This document shows positions 10,085 through 22,959 of a stretch of DNA of 64,000 nt, piece by piece. Position 1 is the stretch's first letter. The number at the start of each line of letters is the position of its first letter. The stretch is from the NCBI GenBank assembly GCA_963751435.1, contig CAVVUP010000029.1, positions 133,750 through 197,749 on the forward strand. Direction: 5' to 3'. The notes under the pieces are model-generated. The model searched no databases. It worked only from the letters and a program-made list of their open reading frames with translations, and was not told the DNA's origin. The translations under genes were made by a program, and so were the position numbers. Source of the DNA: an uncultured Verrucomicrobiae bacterium (lineage in GTDB: Bacteria; Verrucomicrobiota; Verrucomicrobiia; Limisphaerales; DSYF01).

Positions 10085-11044
10085 CTACGCTGCGGAAACC
10101 ACATTCTGCGGATGCCCCTCCAGGAACCGTCGGACATTGGTCACCACGATCTCCATCAGACGCCGGCGGGCGGCGGTGGTGGCCCACCCGATGTGCGGGG
10201 TGAGGATGCAGTGCGGCGCACTCAGCAGCGGATGGTCCGGCGGCGGCGGCTCGGCAGATAGGACATCCAACGCCGCGCCCGCAAGGGTCCCGGCCTCCAA
10301 AGCGCCGGCCAGCGCCGGTTCATCGACCAACGGGCCGCGGCTGGTATTGATCAGGAATGCGGAGGGTTTCATGGAGGCCAGCCTTTGCGCGTTGACCAAT
10401 CCTCTGGTCTGCCCAGTCAACGGGCAATGCAGTGTGACGGCGTCCGACTCCTGAAACAGCGTCTCCAGCGAGACAAAGCGCATCCCGGTCTCGTCCCTCG
10501 GCAGCGGTGTGCGGGAGTGCACCAGGACGTTCATCCCGAAAGCCTGACCGAGGACTGCGACGCGTCGACCAATCCGACCGAAGCCGACAATGCCAAGGGT
10601 GAATCCTTCGAGTTCCAGGAGTGGATAATCGGCATAGCTGAAATCTTTGGACGCACTCCACCGCCCGGCGCGAACGCCGTCGGAATGGGCGCCCACGTGC
10701 AAGGCCAGCTCCAGGAGCAGGGCGAAGGTCAATTGAGCCACTGAGGCGGTGCTGTAGTCGGGGACATTGGTGACGACAATTCCGCACCGCGCGGCGGCCG
10801 CCAGATCCACAACGTTCGTGCCTGTGGCGAGCACACCGATGTATCTCAGGTCAGGCAGGGAGTCGAAATGGGAAGCCCCCAACACCACCTTGTTGGTCAG
10901 CACAATCTCATGACCACTCGCCCGTTCAAGGACCTGCTCCGCGGGGGTCCGATCATGAATGGTGCAGCGCCCCAAGGTGCGGAGGGCGTCCCATTGAAGA
11001 TCGCCCGGGTTCAGGGTGCAGCCATCGAGGACAACGATGTTCAT
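10085..11044 (-). CDS. D-isomer-specific 2-hydroxyacid dehydrogenase (glycerate dehydrogenase-like)
   Basis: 319 aa. Has GIVGFGRIGRRVA (NAD site), LINTSRGPLVDE and LTPHIGWAT motifs. Confidence 0.88.
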   Translation of the reverse strand: MNIVVLDGCTLNPGDLQWDALRTLGRCTIHDRTPAEQVLERASGHEIVLTNKVVLGASHFDSLPDLRYIGVLATGTNVVDLAAAARCGIVVTNVPDYSTASVAQLTFALLLELALHVGAHSDGVRAGRWSASKDFSYADYPLLELEGFTLGIVGFGRIGRRVAVLGQAFGMNVLVHSRTPLPRDETGMRFVSLETLFQESDAVTLHCPLTGQTRGLVNAQRLASMKPSAFLINTSRGPLVDEPALAGALEAGTLAGAALDVLSAEPPPPDHPLLSAPHCILTPHIGWATTAARRRLMEIVVTNVRRFLEGHPQNVVSAA

Positions 11045-11105
11045 CGGTTGCCCGGCAGCTTACGGACTGCGGCTTCCCGCGCAACCCTGAGCGTTCAGCC
11101 CGGCG

Positions 11106-11830
11106 CTACTTGGTGAAGGTCGCGCGGATCGAGTAAGTCACCGCAAAGGGAAACCCTAGGAATTTGCCCGTGAAGGTCCCAGTGCAATAGTTAGTCAGTC
11201 CGCTGGAGTAAGTCTGGCCAGTCCCGGTGATGGAGGTGGACTCCAAGACCAAATCCAGACTCTGGGGCACGTAAGCGTCGCCGTAGATCTCGATGTCGTT
11301 GAAATTGCGTCGTCCCAAGCGCAGCAGCGGGGGGATCAATCCGGCGGGATCATTCACCTGATACCAGAAATCGCAGCCCTGCTGCACGATGGTCGCGCTC
11401 TGTTCACCATTGGTGAAGAATAGGTCTGCCCTTGAAGGTGAGATGACGGATTGACCTCCGTGACGCTGTAGTTCCCGCCACGTCTTCGCAAGGTGCCAGG
11501 CGAAACAAAGGGGCTGGGGACCGGCATCAACGCAGCGGTGCTGTTCGAGATGGAGTAATTCCCGGTTGCGCTGTTGGAAGACGAGGTGGCCTCCACATAA
11601 GTAGTCCGTCTCCCGCGGTGAATCCGTTGGTAAGCTGTGAATTGAGTTGAAGTCCGGCTTATGATGTCATCATTGGTGGCGATGCCGGTGAGGTTGGTGT
11701 CGTAGAGGCCGAGGAAGGTGTCGAAATCGCCGTTGATGGTTAGCACATTGTTCGAGGCCACACTGGTGAGCAGATAGTAATCGGCGAAGCTGCCAGCGCG
11801 GGTTCGAGAGGGCGCGTCCAGGGCGTTCAA
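11106..11830 (-). pseudogene. Frameshifted ORF pair encoding a pre-peptidase C-terminal (PPC)-like domain protein
   Basis: ORFs 11354-11830 and 11106-11387 overlap in different frames. The first contains AGSFADYYLLTSVASNNVLTINGDFDTFLGLYDTN, a PPC-type D.D..L.LYD pattern. It has no signal peptide of its own, and GC is lower than in the flanks. Confidence 0.4.
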
Positions 11831-11873
11831 GTCTCCAACGTCAAGGAGTCGCCGATGGCCGCGCCATTGTGAA

Positions 11874-12426
11874 TTAGAGCGACAGATAGGCGCTGGCCAC
11901 TTGGCCGTCCTTGGTCACCACCGTCACATCAATCTGCTGCTCGAAAAGCTCATTCAGTGCTTCGATTTGCACGACGCTGGCGCTGACGTAGCGAACCTGG
12001 TTTTGTGTGGTCTGAACCTGAATATGCCGTTCGTCTCGAGAGTTTGTTATAATTGTCAAACACGCCGTTGGGGGTTGAATTGGTCCAATCTCTAATCGTC
12101 CAAGTGTAATGGTCGATAGCCGATGAAATCGACATCGGCCACCGCTTGATCCAAACGAACAGTGGGTCATTGGTATTGTCACAGATCGGAGAAACGTAAA
12201 GATAGCCGGCGGGGCCGTTGAACACAGGGCCGTCTGAGGGACCCGCACGCCGCGGAGGAACAGGTGGGCACGCCAAAGGATACTTGGACAATGGCTGGCT
12301 TGTTTGTGGACCCCCCGCCGATTGTCCACTGCTGCCCCCCTCGGTATCACAGCCAATGACCAACGCCAATACAATGGCCGCAAAACCGGCCAAAACCGCC
12401 AATTTTGTCTTCATTTGTGTCTCCAT
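11874..12426 (-). pseudogene. Lipoprotein gene, apparently frameshifted near 12040
   Basis: Lipobox signal MKTKLAVLAGFAAIVLALVIGC (ATG at 12414 or 12426). The reading frame must switch from ORF 11950-12576 to ORF 11874-12383 (...RDERHIQVQTTQNQV...ASAYLSL) to reach a sensible end. GC is visibly lower. Confidence 0.45.
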
Positions 12427-12430
12427 GATC

Positions 12431-13399
12431 TCAGCGAACGCTAAAACTCTCGGAGGCAAGGAGCAGCGATTGTGCCTCTGGATGGAACAACTCGACCTGA
12501 TAGCGCCCGGCCGGCCAGCCTTCCTTGACGTCCAGCCAGACATAATTGTAGGCCGACCCGCGCCGAACGGGCTCAAACTCGGTGAACACCATCCGATCTT
12601 CTTCAGGGTTTCGCCAAACTGCCATGACCTGATCCAAGCCTTTCAGCGTGAAGTCGTTCTCGAATATCGCATACACCCGCCGGGACCCGGCCGGCAAGGA
12701 GCCCACCTGCCCCGTGATGCGTCCGTCCGGCGCAGCCCCATCGGTGACGGTCAAGACTGAGGGTCGGACCTCCTTCCGTGCCTGGCCCGCCAGAGACTCA
12801 TATAGACCGACCAGCGTGGACCTCACGGCTTCGGGCGTGGACACGGCTTCGCGCGACAATCCAACGAATTGATGGAGAATGGCACCTGCCTCGGCAGGCG
12901 TGAGTTCCTGAGCCAAGCAATCTGCCAAGGCCTCCAGATCGCTCCTGTCAATTTTCCTGAGTTCGGACATCGCTCCGCTGGCGGCAAATCGCCTCAGTGC
13001 GGCCACTGTGGTCTGTCCTCGGGAGTCGACCCGTGAAAGGACGTCATCCAGCCGCTTAAGAGCCCGAGTCGCATTGCCAGATCCAGGTTCTCGTGGCTCC
13101 TGGTGGCACTGAACCTCCTCCAATGGGCTCGGGGAGTCCTTCCAAGGGGTGCGTTCTCTACTGGCAAGGACTATGGGGAGATGGTCATGAACTGGGTTCT
13201 GGCCGGCTTTTTCCGTTCGCACACCCCACCGAGTCAGGGTGGAGGATGAGAGGAAGCCGGCTTTCAAGAGTCCAGCGACCGCAAACAGGAGAAACAAGAT
13301 CGCTGCCAGCACCCGGAAGGTGGGCGTATGGGAAGGCTGGTCTGGAGTTTCTGACCGCGACTTCAGGGAACAACAGCGTTTTGTACCGTGCCTCTTCAT
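12431..13399 (-). CDS. Hypothetical membrane-anchored protein
   Basis: I prefer the ATG at 13399 (MKRHGTKR...) because the track start at 13591 would leave only 12 bp to the divergent gene. One TM segment (FRVLAAILFLLFAVAGLL). No recognisable domain. Confidence 0.5.
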   Translation of the reverse strand: MKRHGTKRCCSLKSRSETPDQPSHTPTFRVLAAILFLLFAVAGLLKAGFLSSSTLTRWGVRTEKAGQNPVHDHLPIVLASRERTPWKDSPSPLEEVQCHQEPREPGSGNATRALKRLDDVLSRVDSRGQTTVAALRRFAASGAMSELRKIDRSDLEALADCLAQELTPAEAGAILHQFVGLSREAVSTPEAVRSTLVGLYESLAGQARKEVRPSVLTVTDGAAPDGRITGQVGSLPAGSRRVYAIFENDFTLKGLDQVMAVWRNPEEDRMVFTEFEPVRRGSAYNYVWLDVKEGWPAGRYQVELFHPEAQSLLLASESFSVR

Positions 13400-13603
13400 G
13401 TGGTCAAAGCTGCCAGTGCGCAGCCCTTCTTGATTTGAGTCAGCCAAACCGGCCAACTGCTGCGCAGCAAGAACCTGGCCACCGGACCAGGTATTCCTCA
13501 ACAACGAGAAGCGTGCAAGAACAGTCGTATTGAGGCATTGAGAATTGAAGAAAACCTGCGTCTTTTTATCCCCATCCAAAGTGGTTTCCATTAGTCTGGA
13601 GAT

Positions 13604-13906
13604 ATGGCATCAACGCGTCACTGCTGGAAATGTGGAGCTGAATGGCCCTTCAACCGGCTTCCGGGCCGAAACGACACGTGCGAGCGCTGCGGATCAGACC
13701 TGAAGGTCTGCCTGAATTGTGTGAGTTATGACCGGACGGTGGCGTATGAATGTCGTGATCGACGCGCTGAGGAAATTGCCCAGAAGGACCGGTCCAATTT
13801 CTGTGAATACTTTGACATGGCCCGCCGAGAATACACTCCTGTCCAGGACCGCTACAGTCGTGAAGACCAAGCCAAGGCCCGTCTGAAAAAGCTGCTCGGC
13901 GACTAA
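13604..13906 (+). CDS. Small zinc-ribbon protein (three CxxC pairs)
   Basis: 100 aa with CWKCG...CERCG...CLNC. The stop lies 3 nt from the convergent dnaN stop. Confidence 0.6.
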   Translation: MASTRHCWKCGAEWPFNRLPGRNDTCERCGSDLKVCLNCVSYDRTVAYECRDRRAEEIAQKDRSNFCEYFDMARREYTPVQDRYSREDQAKARLKKLLGD

Positions 13907-13909
13907 GTC

Positions 13910-15019
13910 TTAGCTCAGTCTCATCGGCATGACAACATAGAGAAACGGCCCGTTGATCTTAAGCACGCCGGGGCTGAGTTCATCGATCAACTCCATGTAA
14001 ACCTCGTCTTCGACCAAAGCGTTCAACGGATCAATCAGGTATTTGGGATTGAACGCCACGGCAATGTCGGGGCCCTTGTAATTGATGGCCAGACTTTCGC
14101 GGGCTTCGCCGACATCCGGGGAGTTGGCCGTGATGGAGAGGTTATTCTTGGTGAAGGCCATCTTCACGGAATTGGCCTTGTCACTGGTCATGATATCCGC
14201 ACGCCTGAGCGCGTGAAGCAATTCTTCGCGAACGAGCGAGACACGCTCCTTGGCCTCGCCCGGGATGACCTGCCGGTAGTTTGGGTAATTTCCTTCGATC
14301 AGTTTCGTCACAACGACCACTGGAAAGCCCTTTTCAGCCCTCAACTCGAAGGATGCCTGGTTATCGCTATACTTGATCTCCAAATCACCACTCTCCTGCA
14401 GCAATCGGTTCAGTTCATTGACCGCCTTGGCGGGCACAATAAACTCGCCCTCGCTCTTGTCGGCCACATCCACTTCCTCATCCACCATGGCCAGGCGGCG
14501 GCCATCGGTGGCAACCATGGTGAGTTTGTGATCCCTCAGGCTGAAAAAGATGCCGTTCAACACATAGCGCGCTTCATCCGTGGAGATTGCGTATGATGTC
14601 TTTTTCATCATGGATCTCACCGAGTCCTGTTTCAGGACCACTTTCTTGTCTTCCTTGAACTTCGGCGCCGGCGGAAACTCCTCGGCACTGAGTCCGTTGA
14701 CCTTGAAGAAGGAAGGGCCACAGCGAATGCTGCACGTGTTCCTTTCATCGACCTCCATGTCCACATCACTGTTGGAAAGCTCACGGACGATTCCAAACAG
14801 GCGTTTCACGGGAACGGTGGTCTGTCCCGGCTTGCGAACCTGGGCTTCCACGGAGCAGGTCACAGTGACATCGAGATCGGTGGCGGTGAGCTCCAACCGC
14901 CCGATCTCCGCACGCAGCAAGACATTGGAAAGAATTGGAAGCGTGGTGCGGGTGCTCACGACGTTTTGGACAGCTTGCAACCCGTTAATGAGGTCGTCCT
15001 TGGTAATGGTCAGGTTCAT
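13910..15019 (-). CDS. dnaN: DNA polymerase III beta sliding clamp
   Basis: 369 aa. Starts MNLTITKDDLINGLQAVQNVVSTRTTLPILSNVLL and ends ...LYVVMPMRL. Confidence 0.95.
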   Translation of the reverse strand: MNLTITKDDLINGLQAVQNVVSTRTTLPILSNVLLRAEIGRLELTATDLDVTVTCSVEAQVRKPGQTTVPVKRLFGIVRELSNSDVDMEVDERNTCSIRCGPSFFKVNGLSAEEFPPAPKFKEDKKVVLKQDSVRSMMKKTSYAISTDEARYVLNGIFFSLRDHKLTMVATDGRRLAMVDEEVDVADKSEGEFIVPAKAVNELNRLLQESGDLEIKYSDNQASFELRAEKGFPVVVVTKLIEGNYPNYRQVIPGEAKERVSLVREELLHALRRADIMTSDKANSVKMAFTKNNLSITANSPDVGEARESLAINYKGPDIAVAFNPKYLIDPLNALVEDEVYMELIDELSPGVLKINGPFLYVVMPMRLS

Positions 15020-15073
15020 GCGCGGTTAGTAATGATGGTACCTTAACTACATCAACGTCTTCTTATTAAGGGC

Positions 15074-15082
15074 TGTGAATAA
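15074..15082 (-). promoter_or_regulatory. DnaA-box-like 9-mer (TTATTCACA on the dnaN strand)
   Basis: The plus strand reads TGTGAATAA, one mismatch from TTATCCACA. On the dnaN strand it overlaps the -10 region downstream of a perfect TTGACA with a 17-nt spacer. Confidence 0.45.
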
Positions 15083-15135
15083 GACAAACAACTTGGAGTG
15101 TCAAGAATGGCGGGCTTTTTAATGTCGTTTACTCG

Positions 15136-15144
15136 TGTGAATAA
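15136..15144 (-). promoter_or_regulatory. Second DnaA-box-like 9-mer (TTATTCACA)
   Basis: An identical 9-mer lies 62 bp from the first in the same orientation, inside the AT-rich 205-bp dnaN upstream region. Confidence 0.45.
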
Positions 15145-15224
15145 CTGGGAGAATTGAATCTGGCAGGTCCGGGAGGCTCGCTTTATTGGGGTTGTTGACA
15201 AGCTATTCAAACGCAGTCCGTCTC

Positions 15225-16392
15225 TTATCGGGGGGTTGTTGATCGCTTTATGACCTTCGGAAGGATAGAAGCAACATACTCGATGTCCGCGGCTGTTGTT
15301 AGGTGCCCGATGGAAAAGCGGACGAGAGATTTGGAAAAGTCGTGGGGCAGGGGCAGGGCGCGAATCACATGGGAAGGTTTCAGGGAGCCCGCCGCGCAAG
15401 CGGCCCCGCTGGAGGCGCAAATGCCTTCCAGGTCCAGGTTTGCAAGCACTGTGATGCCATCAGCCCCCTCCACAACAGCCGCCACCGTATTGCATAGCCG
15501 GCCCGAAAGCGGGCTCACCAAGCGGCACCGGGGTAGAGACTTCCAAATGGATTCCAGCCGCTGGGAGAGCGGAGCAAGGAGAGCGCGGTCAAAAACAGGG
15601 TGGGCAAGGAATTTTTCAGCGGCACAAACCAAGCCGCAGATGGAAGGAAGGTTTTCAGTCCCTGCCCGTCGTTCGTTTTCATGAGCCCCACCCAGCATCA
15701 CCGCCCGGGGTTGCAGCGGCGAGCGGATGTAGAGTGCACCGGCACCCTTGGGTCCATGAAACTTGTGGGCGCAGATGGAAACAAGGTCTGCATTGAACTG
15801 GGTGATTTCTTGAAAATCTTCTTTTCCAAGCCATTGAACCGCATCTGTGTGGAATGCAACGCCGGCGGCGCGGCAAAGGCATCCCAGCTCTGAAACCGGC
15901 TGCAGTGTACCGATCTCGTTGTTGGCGGCCATGATGGAGACCAACACCGTATCCGGGCGGAGGGCTGACTTCAGGGAGTCGGGGGAGACCCGCCCCTCTT
16001 GGTCCACTGGCAAGTAAGTAACCTTGAAGCCTTCGTAGCGCTCCAGATCATCGAAACAGTGCGAGGACAGAGTGGTGTTCCACGGCGCTGGTGATCAGGT
16101 GACGTCCCCGGTCACGGAACAGGCGCGCCATGCCGAGGATTGCGAGGTTGTTGCTCTCGGTGCCCCCGCTGGTGAACACCACTTCATTGGGTTTGCAGCG
16201 GAAAACGGCGGACAACCGTTCCCGGAACTCATCAAGGAAAACGCGCGCACGCCGGCCCACATGGTGCACACTGGACGGATTCCCCCAGATTTTCTCCAGG
16301 AAAGGAACCATTGCCTCGCGGACGCCGGGGTCCAGAGGCGTGGTGGCATTGTAATCCAGATAAACCGTTCGCACCCCCGGACGGTAAGGCAA
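15225..16392 (-). CDS. Cysteine desulfurase (NifS/IscS class V aminotransferase), with one apparent frameshift near 16050
   Basis: The N-terminal ORF 16048-16392 reads VYLDYNATTPL...FTSGGTESNN...SAVEHHSVL. The C-terminal ORF 15225-16013 reads ...SICAHKFHGPKGAGALY...SSGAAC.... The bridging peptide DDLERYEGFKVTYLPVDQ is readable in the second frame. Confidence 0.85.
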
Positions 16393-16511
16393 GGGCGGCT
16401 GCCCTTCCAGCCCGGCTTGCTAGGGAGACCCTTGTATCCACCGCGCTCAAAGCAGCGCCCCACCTGTTGGAGATCCCCCCACAGCTCTGAAGGGGGGCGG
16501 TGCAGATAGGG

Positions 16512-17189
16512 TCAAGCTTTGCGCGGGGCCACCTCCACGGCGGCACGGTTCTTGGCGATGTGGGCCGCGGGCAACACGCCGCGCCAATTCACGTTCGGAT
16601 AGATCAGGCAGTCGCGCCCGAGGATGCTTCCTGGATTCAGGACCGCGTTGCAGCCGACCTCCGTGCGGTCCCCGATGAGGGCTCCAAATTTGCGCAGGCC
16701 TGTTTCGATGCGGCGCCCTTCATGTTCGATTACCACCTTGCTGCGTGTGACCTTGAGGTTGGAGATTTTCACACCAGCTCCCAAGTGCGCTTTGAAGCCA
16801 AGAATGGAATCGCCCACGTAGTTGTAATGAGGCGCCTCGCAGTGGTTGAAGAGGAGGGCGTTCTTGAGTTCACTGGAGTTTCCCACGACGCAGTGGTCGC
16901 CCACGATCACATTCTCCCGCAAATAGGCGTTGTGGCGGAACCGGCAGTGGCGGCCGATGATCGCCGGGCCCTTGATCATCACACCGTCCTCCAGCACCGT
17001 GCCTTCGCCAATGAACACTTTTTCACCCACCCAGGCCACACCCGTGCACTGATTGTGCAGTCCGGGTTTCAAGTGAGTCTGGATGTAATCACCGATGCGT
17101 GCCAGCGCCTGCCAGGCGTATTCGCAACCCTCGAAAATCGCGGCATGCTCCGTCTGCGCCAGATCAAACAGATCGTCCGGTTTGAACAT
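16512..17189 (-). CDS. Left-handed beta-helix (hexapeptide) acyltransferase, GlmU C-terminal-domain-like
   Basis: Repeated [LIV]G-type hexapeptides (VFIGEGTVLEDGVMIKGPAIIGRHCRF...VIVGDHCVVG...). The likely start is MFKPDDLF at 17189; the track start is 17225. Confidence 0.7.
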   Translation of the reverse strand: MFKPDDLFDLAQTEHAAIFEGCEYAWQALARIGDYIQTHLKPGLHNQCTGVAWVGEKVFIGEGTVLEDGVMIKGPAIIGRHCRFRHNAYLRENVIVGDHCVVGNSSELKNALLFNHCEAPHYNYVGDSILGFKAHLGAGVKISNLKVTRSKVVIEHEGRRIETGLRKFGALIGDRTEVGCNAVLNPGSILGRDCLIYPNVNWRGVLPAAHIAKNRAAVEVAPRKA

Positions 17190-17260
17190 GCCGTCATCGT
17201 CGCCGGGGATGGCCGCCGGCAGCAAGTTTGGATTTGCCCCGATGGAACTGTGAATCAGCC

Positions 17261-17295
17261 AAAAAGAAGCGAGGCGGACATTCGTCCGCCCCGCT
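17261..17295 (-). terminator. Rho-independent terminator downstream of groEL
   Basis: The minus strand reads AGCGGGGCGGAC-GAAT-GTCCGCCTCGCT followed by TCTTTTT: a 12-bp stem with one G.U pair, a tetraloop and a U tract. Confidence 0.75.
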
Positions 17296-17327
17296 CGTGA
17301 TCTTGGTTCCTCCGACCCGGGAATGGT

Positions 17328-19296
<1,969 letters not shown>

Positions 19297-19361
19297 AGTT
19301 TTGGTTTCTTGTTTGTTTCTTTGGTTTGTTCGGACTGAATCAACGCCTCGCCGCACCCACG

Positions 19362-21327
<1,966 letters not shown>

Positions 21328-21583
21328 TTAAGAACAACGAGATCATTAAAGCAGTGGCAATACCACCACGGTCATAGTTTGCATAAATCTCATGTAATAA
21401 GCAGCTTACACGCTACTCAATAAGGTTGTTATGCAGCAGGTTGTCCCCCTGAAGGAGTCATTGTGGCGCATATTGCCTGTGGTTTGTCACACCGGGTTGA
21501 CACACCGTGGAGCCGACTTTTTTTGAGAACTTCGAACGTTGAGAGGAAGCCGTAGACTGTGACTACGGCGCACGGGAGTTGGG

Positions 21584-22081
21584 TTAAAAACCCCCGTGTG
21601 TCCACAGGTGTATAAACGCGCTTGCGTATTCCTCAGGTCGTGAGTGGATCCGTTGGCCAATCTCGTGGGGTTGCACCCATTCCCCGCGCTGGATCTCCTC
21701 TGGATTGAGATTGAAAGGTCCGTCAGTCTCGCATCGGTAAACCCAGACGTGTTCCTGATCGGTCGCCGGGCAGGCGGCGAGCTTGAAGAGGCGCTTCGGG
21801 GGGTGCGGTGGCGTGAAGCCGAGTTCCTCATACAACTCGCGCACCGCGCAGGCGTCGTAGGTTTCACCGCTGTCCACGTGGCCGGAGGCCGACGAGTCCC
21901 AAAGCCCGGGCGACTTGTCCTTGGTCATGGAGCGTTTCTGGAGGAACACATCTCCGCGCGAACTGAACACCAGAACGTGGACCGCGCGATGGAGGAGCCC
22001 TCGGGCATGCACCTCGCTCCGGGGCGCGCGGCCGACCACTTCATCGCGCTCGTCGACGACATCAAAGATTTCTTCCGTCAT
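21584..22081 (-). CDS. NUDIX hydrolase
   Basis: Starts at the ATG at 22081 (MTEEIFDVVDERDEVVG...). Nudix box GHVDSGETYDACAVRELYEELG. Its start overlaps the rsmA stop (ATGA). Confidence 0.85.
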   Translation of the reverse strand: MTEEIFDVVDERDEVVGRAPRSEVHARGLLHRAVHVLVFSSRGDVFLQKRSMTKDKSPGLWDSSASGHVDSGETYDACAVRELYEELGFTPPHPPKRLFKLAACPATDQEHVWVYRCETDGPFNLNPEEIQRGEWVQPHEIGQRIHSRPEEYASAFIHLWTHGGF

Positions 22082-22959
22082 GGCCAATCTGTCACCTGCC
22101 GGGTCAGTTTGACGAACTGTTCCAAACTCACTGCCTCGGCCCGGACTTGTAGCGACAAGCCGGCGTGCCGATAAGCCGCGTCCAAAAGCTCCGGGTTCCA
22201 GTCCTGTTTCAGCAGTTTGTGCATCATCTTGCGGCGCTGGCTGAATGCGCGCTTCACAATCCGGGCGTAGGCTGGACGCAATGCCTCCGGCAGCAGCAGG
22301 GCCGGTCGCCGATTCAAGACGACACACGCGGACTCCACGTCCGGCTCCGGAAAGAAGCAGCCTGGCGGAATCTTGAACCACGGGCCCGGCTCGAAATCCA
22401 GTTGAATCAGAACGGTCAAAATGCCGTAGATCTTATGGCTGGGGCCCGACGCCAGCCGTTGTGCCACTTCGGCCTGCAACGTGGCGACCATGGTCCGGGG
22501 CGAGCGGTTGCCTTGGCAAAGTTCCACCAGAATCGGCGAGGCCACCGAGTAAGGCAGGTTGGACACCATCTTCCAACCCGACCAATCCAGCTTGCGCTGT
22601 CTCAGGAGGTCCAGGGCGTCCGCATGGACCAGCCTTAGAGTAGGCGTCTCGCCGGTCTGGCGGGTTTCGAGATTCGCAGGCAGGCTGGTGGTGTGCGCGA
22701 CCCGGAACCGTTCCTCCAGGGCCTTCACCAAGCGCGCGTCCTTCTCGATCGCGACCACCATGCCCGCTCGCTTCAGCAGGTGTTCGGTCAAAGGACCCAG
22801 CCCCGGGCCAATCTCAAGCACGGCATCCCCCGGGCCGAGGTCTGCCGCGGCGACGATTCGCTCAAGATGATGGACGTCATGAAGGAAGTTCTGCCCCATG
22901 GACTTCGTGAGTTGAATCCCTCCTTGATCCAGCCGCTGTCTCATTTCCGAGAGGGTCAT
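22078..22959 (-). CDS. rsmA: 16S rRNA (adenine1518/1519-N6)-dimethyltransferase
   Basis: Starts at the ATG at 22959 (MTLSEMRQRLDQGGIQLTKSMGQNFL...). SAM site VLEIGPGLGPLT. Confidence 0.9.
   Translation of the reverse strand: MTLSEMRQRLDQGGIQLTKSMGQNFLHDVHHLERIVAAADLGPGDAVLEIGPGLGPLTEHLLKRAGMVVAIEKDARLVKALEERFRVAHTTSLPANLETRQTGETPTLRLVHADALDLLRQRKLDWSGWKMVSNLPYSVASPILVELCQGNRSPRTMVATLQAEVAQRLASGPSHKIYGILTVLIQLDFEPGPWFKIPPGCFFPEPDVESACVVLNRRPALLLPEALRPAYARIVKRAFSQRRKMMHKLLKQDWNPELLDAAYRHAGLSLQVRAEAVSLEQFVKLTRQVTDWP

Noticed and set aside
21548-21570. The hairpin GCCGTAG-N7-CTACGGC, considered as a terminator of the NUDIX operon.
   Set aside because: It has only a 7-bp stem, and no U tract follows it on the transcribed (minus) strand. 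It is not convincing as an intrinsic terminator.
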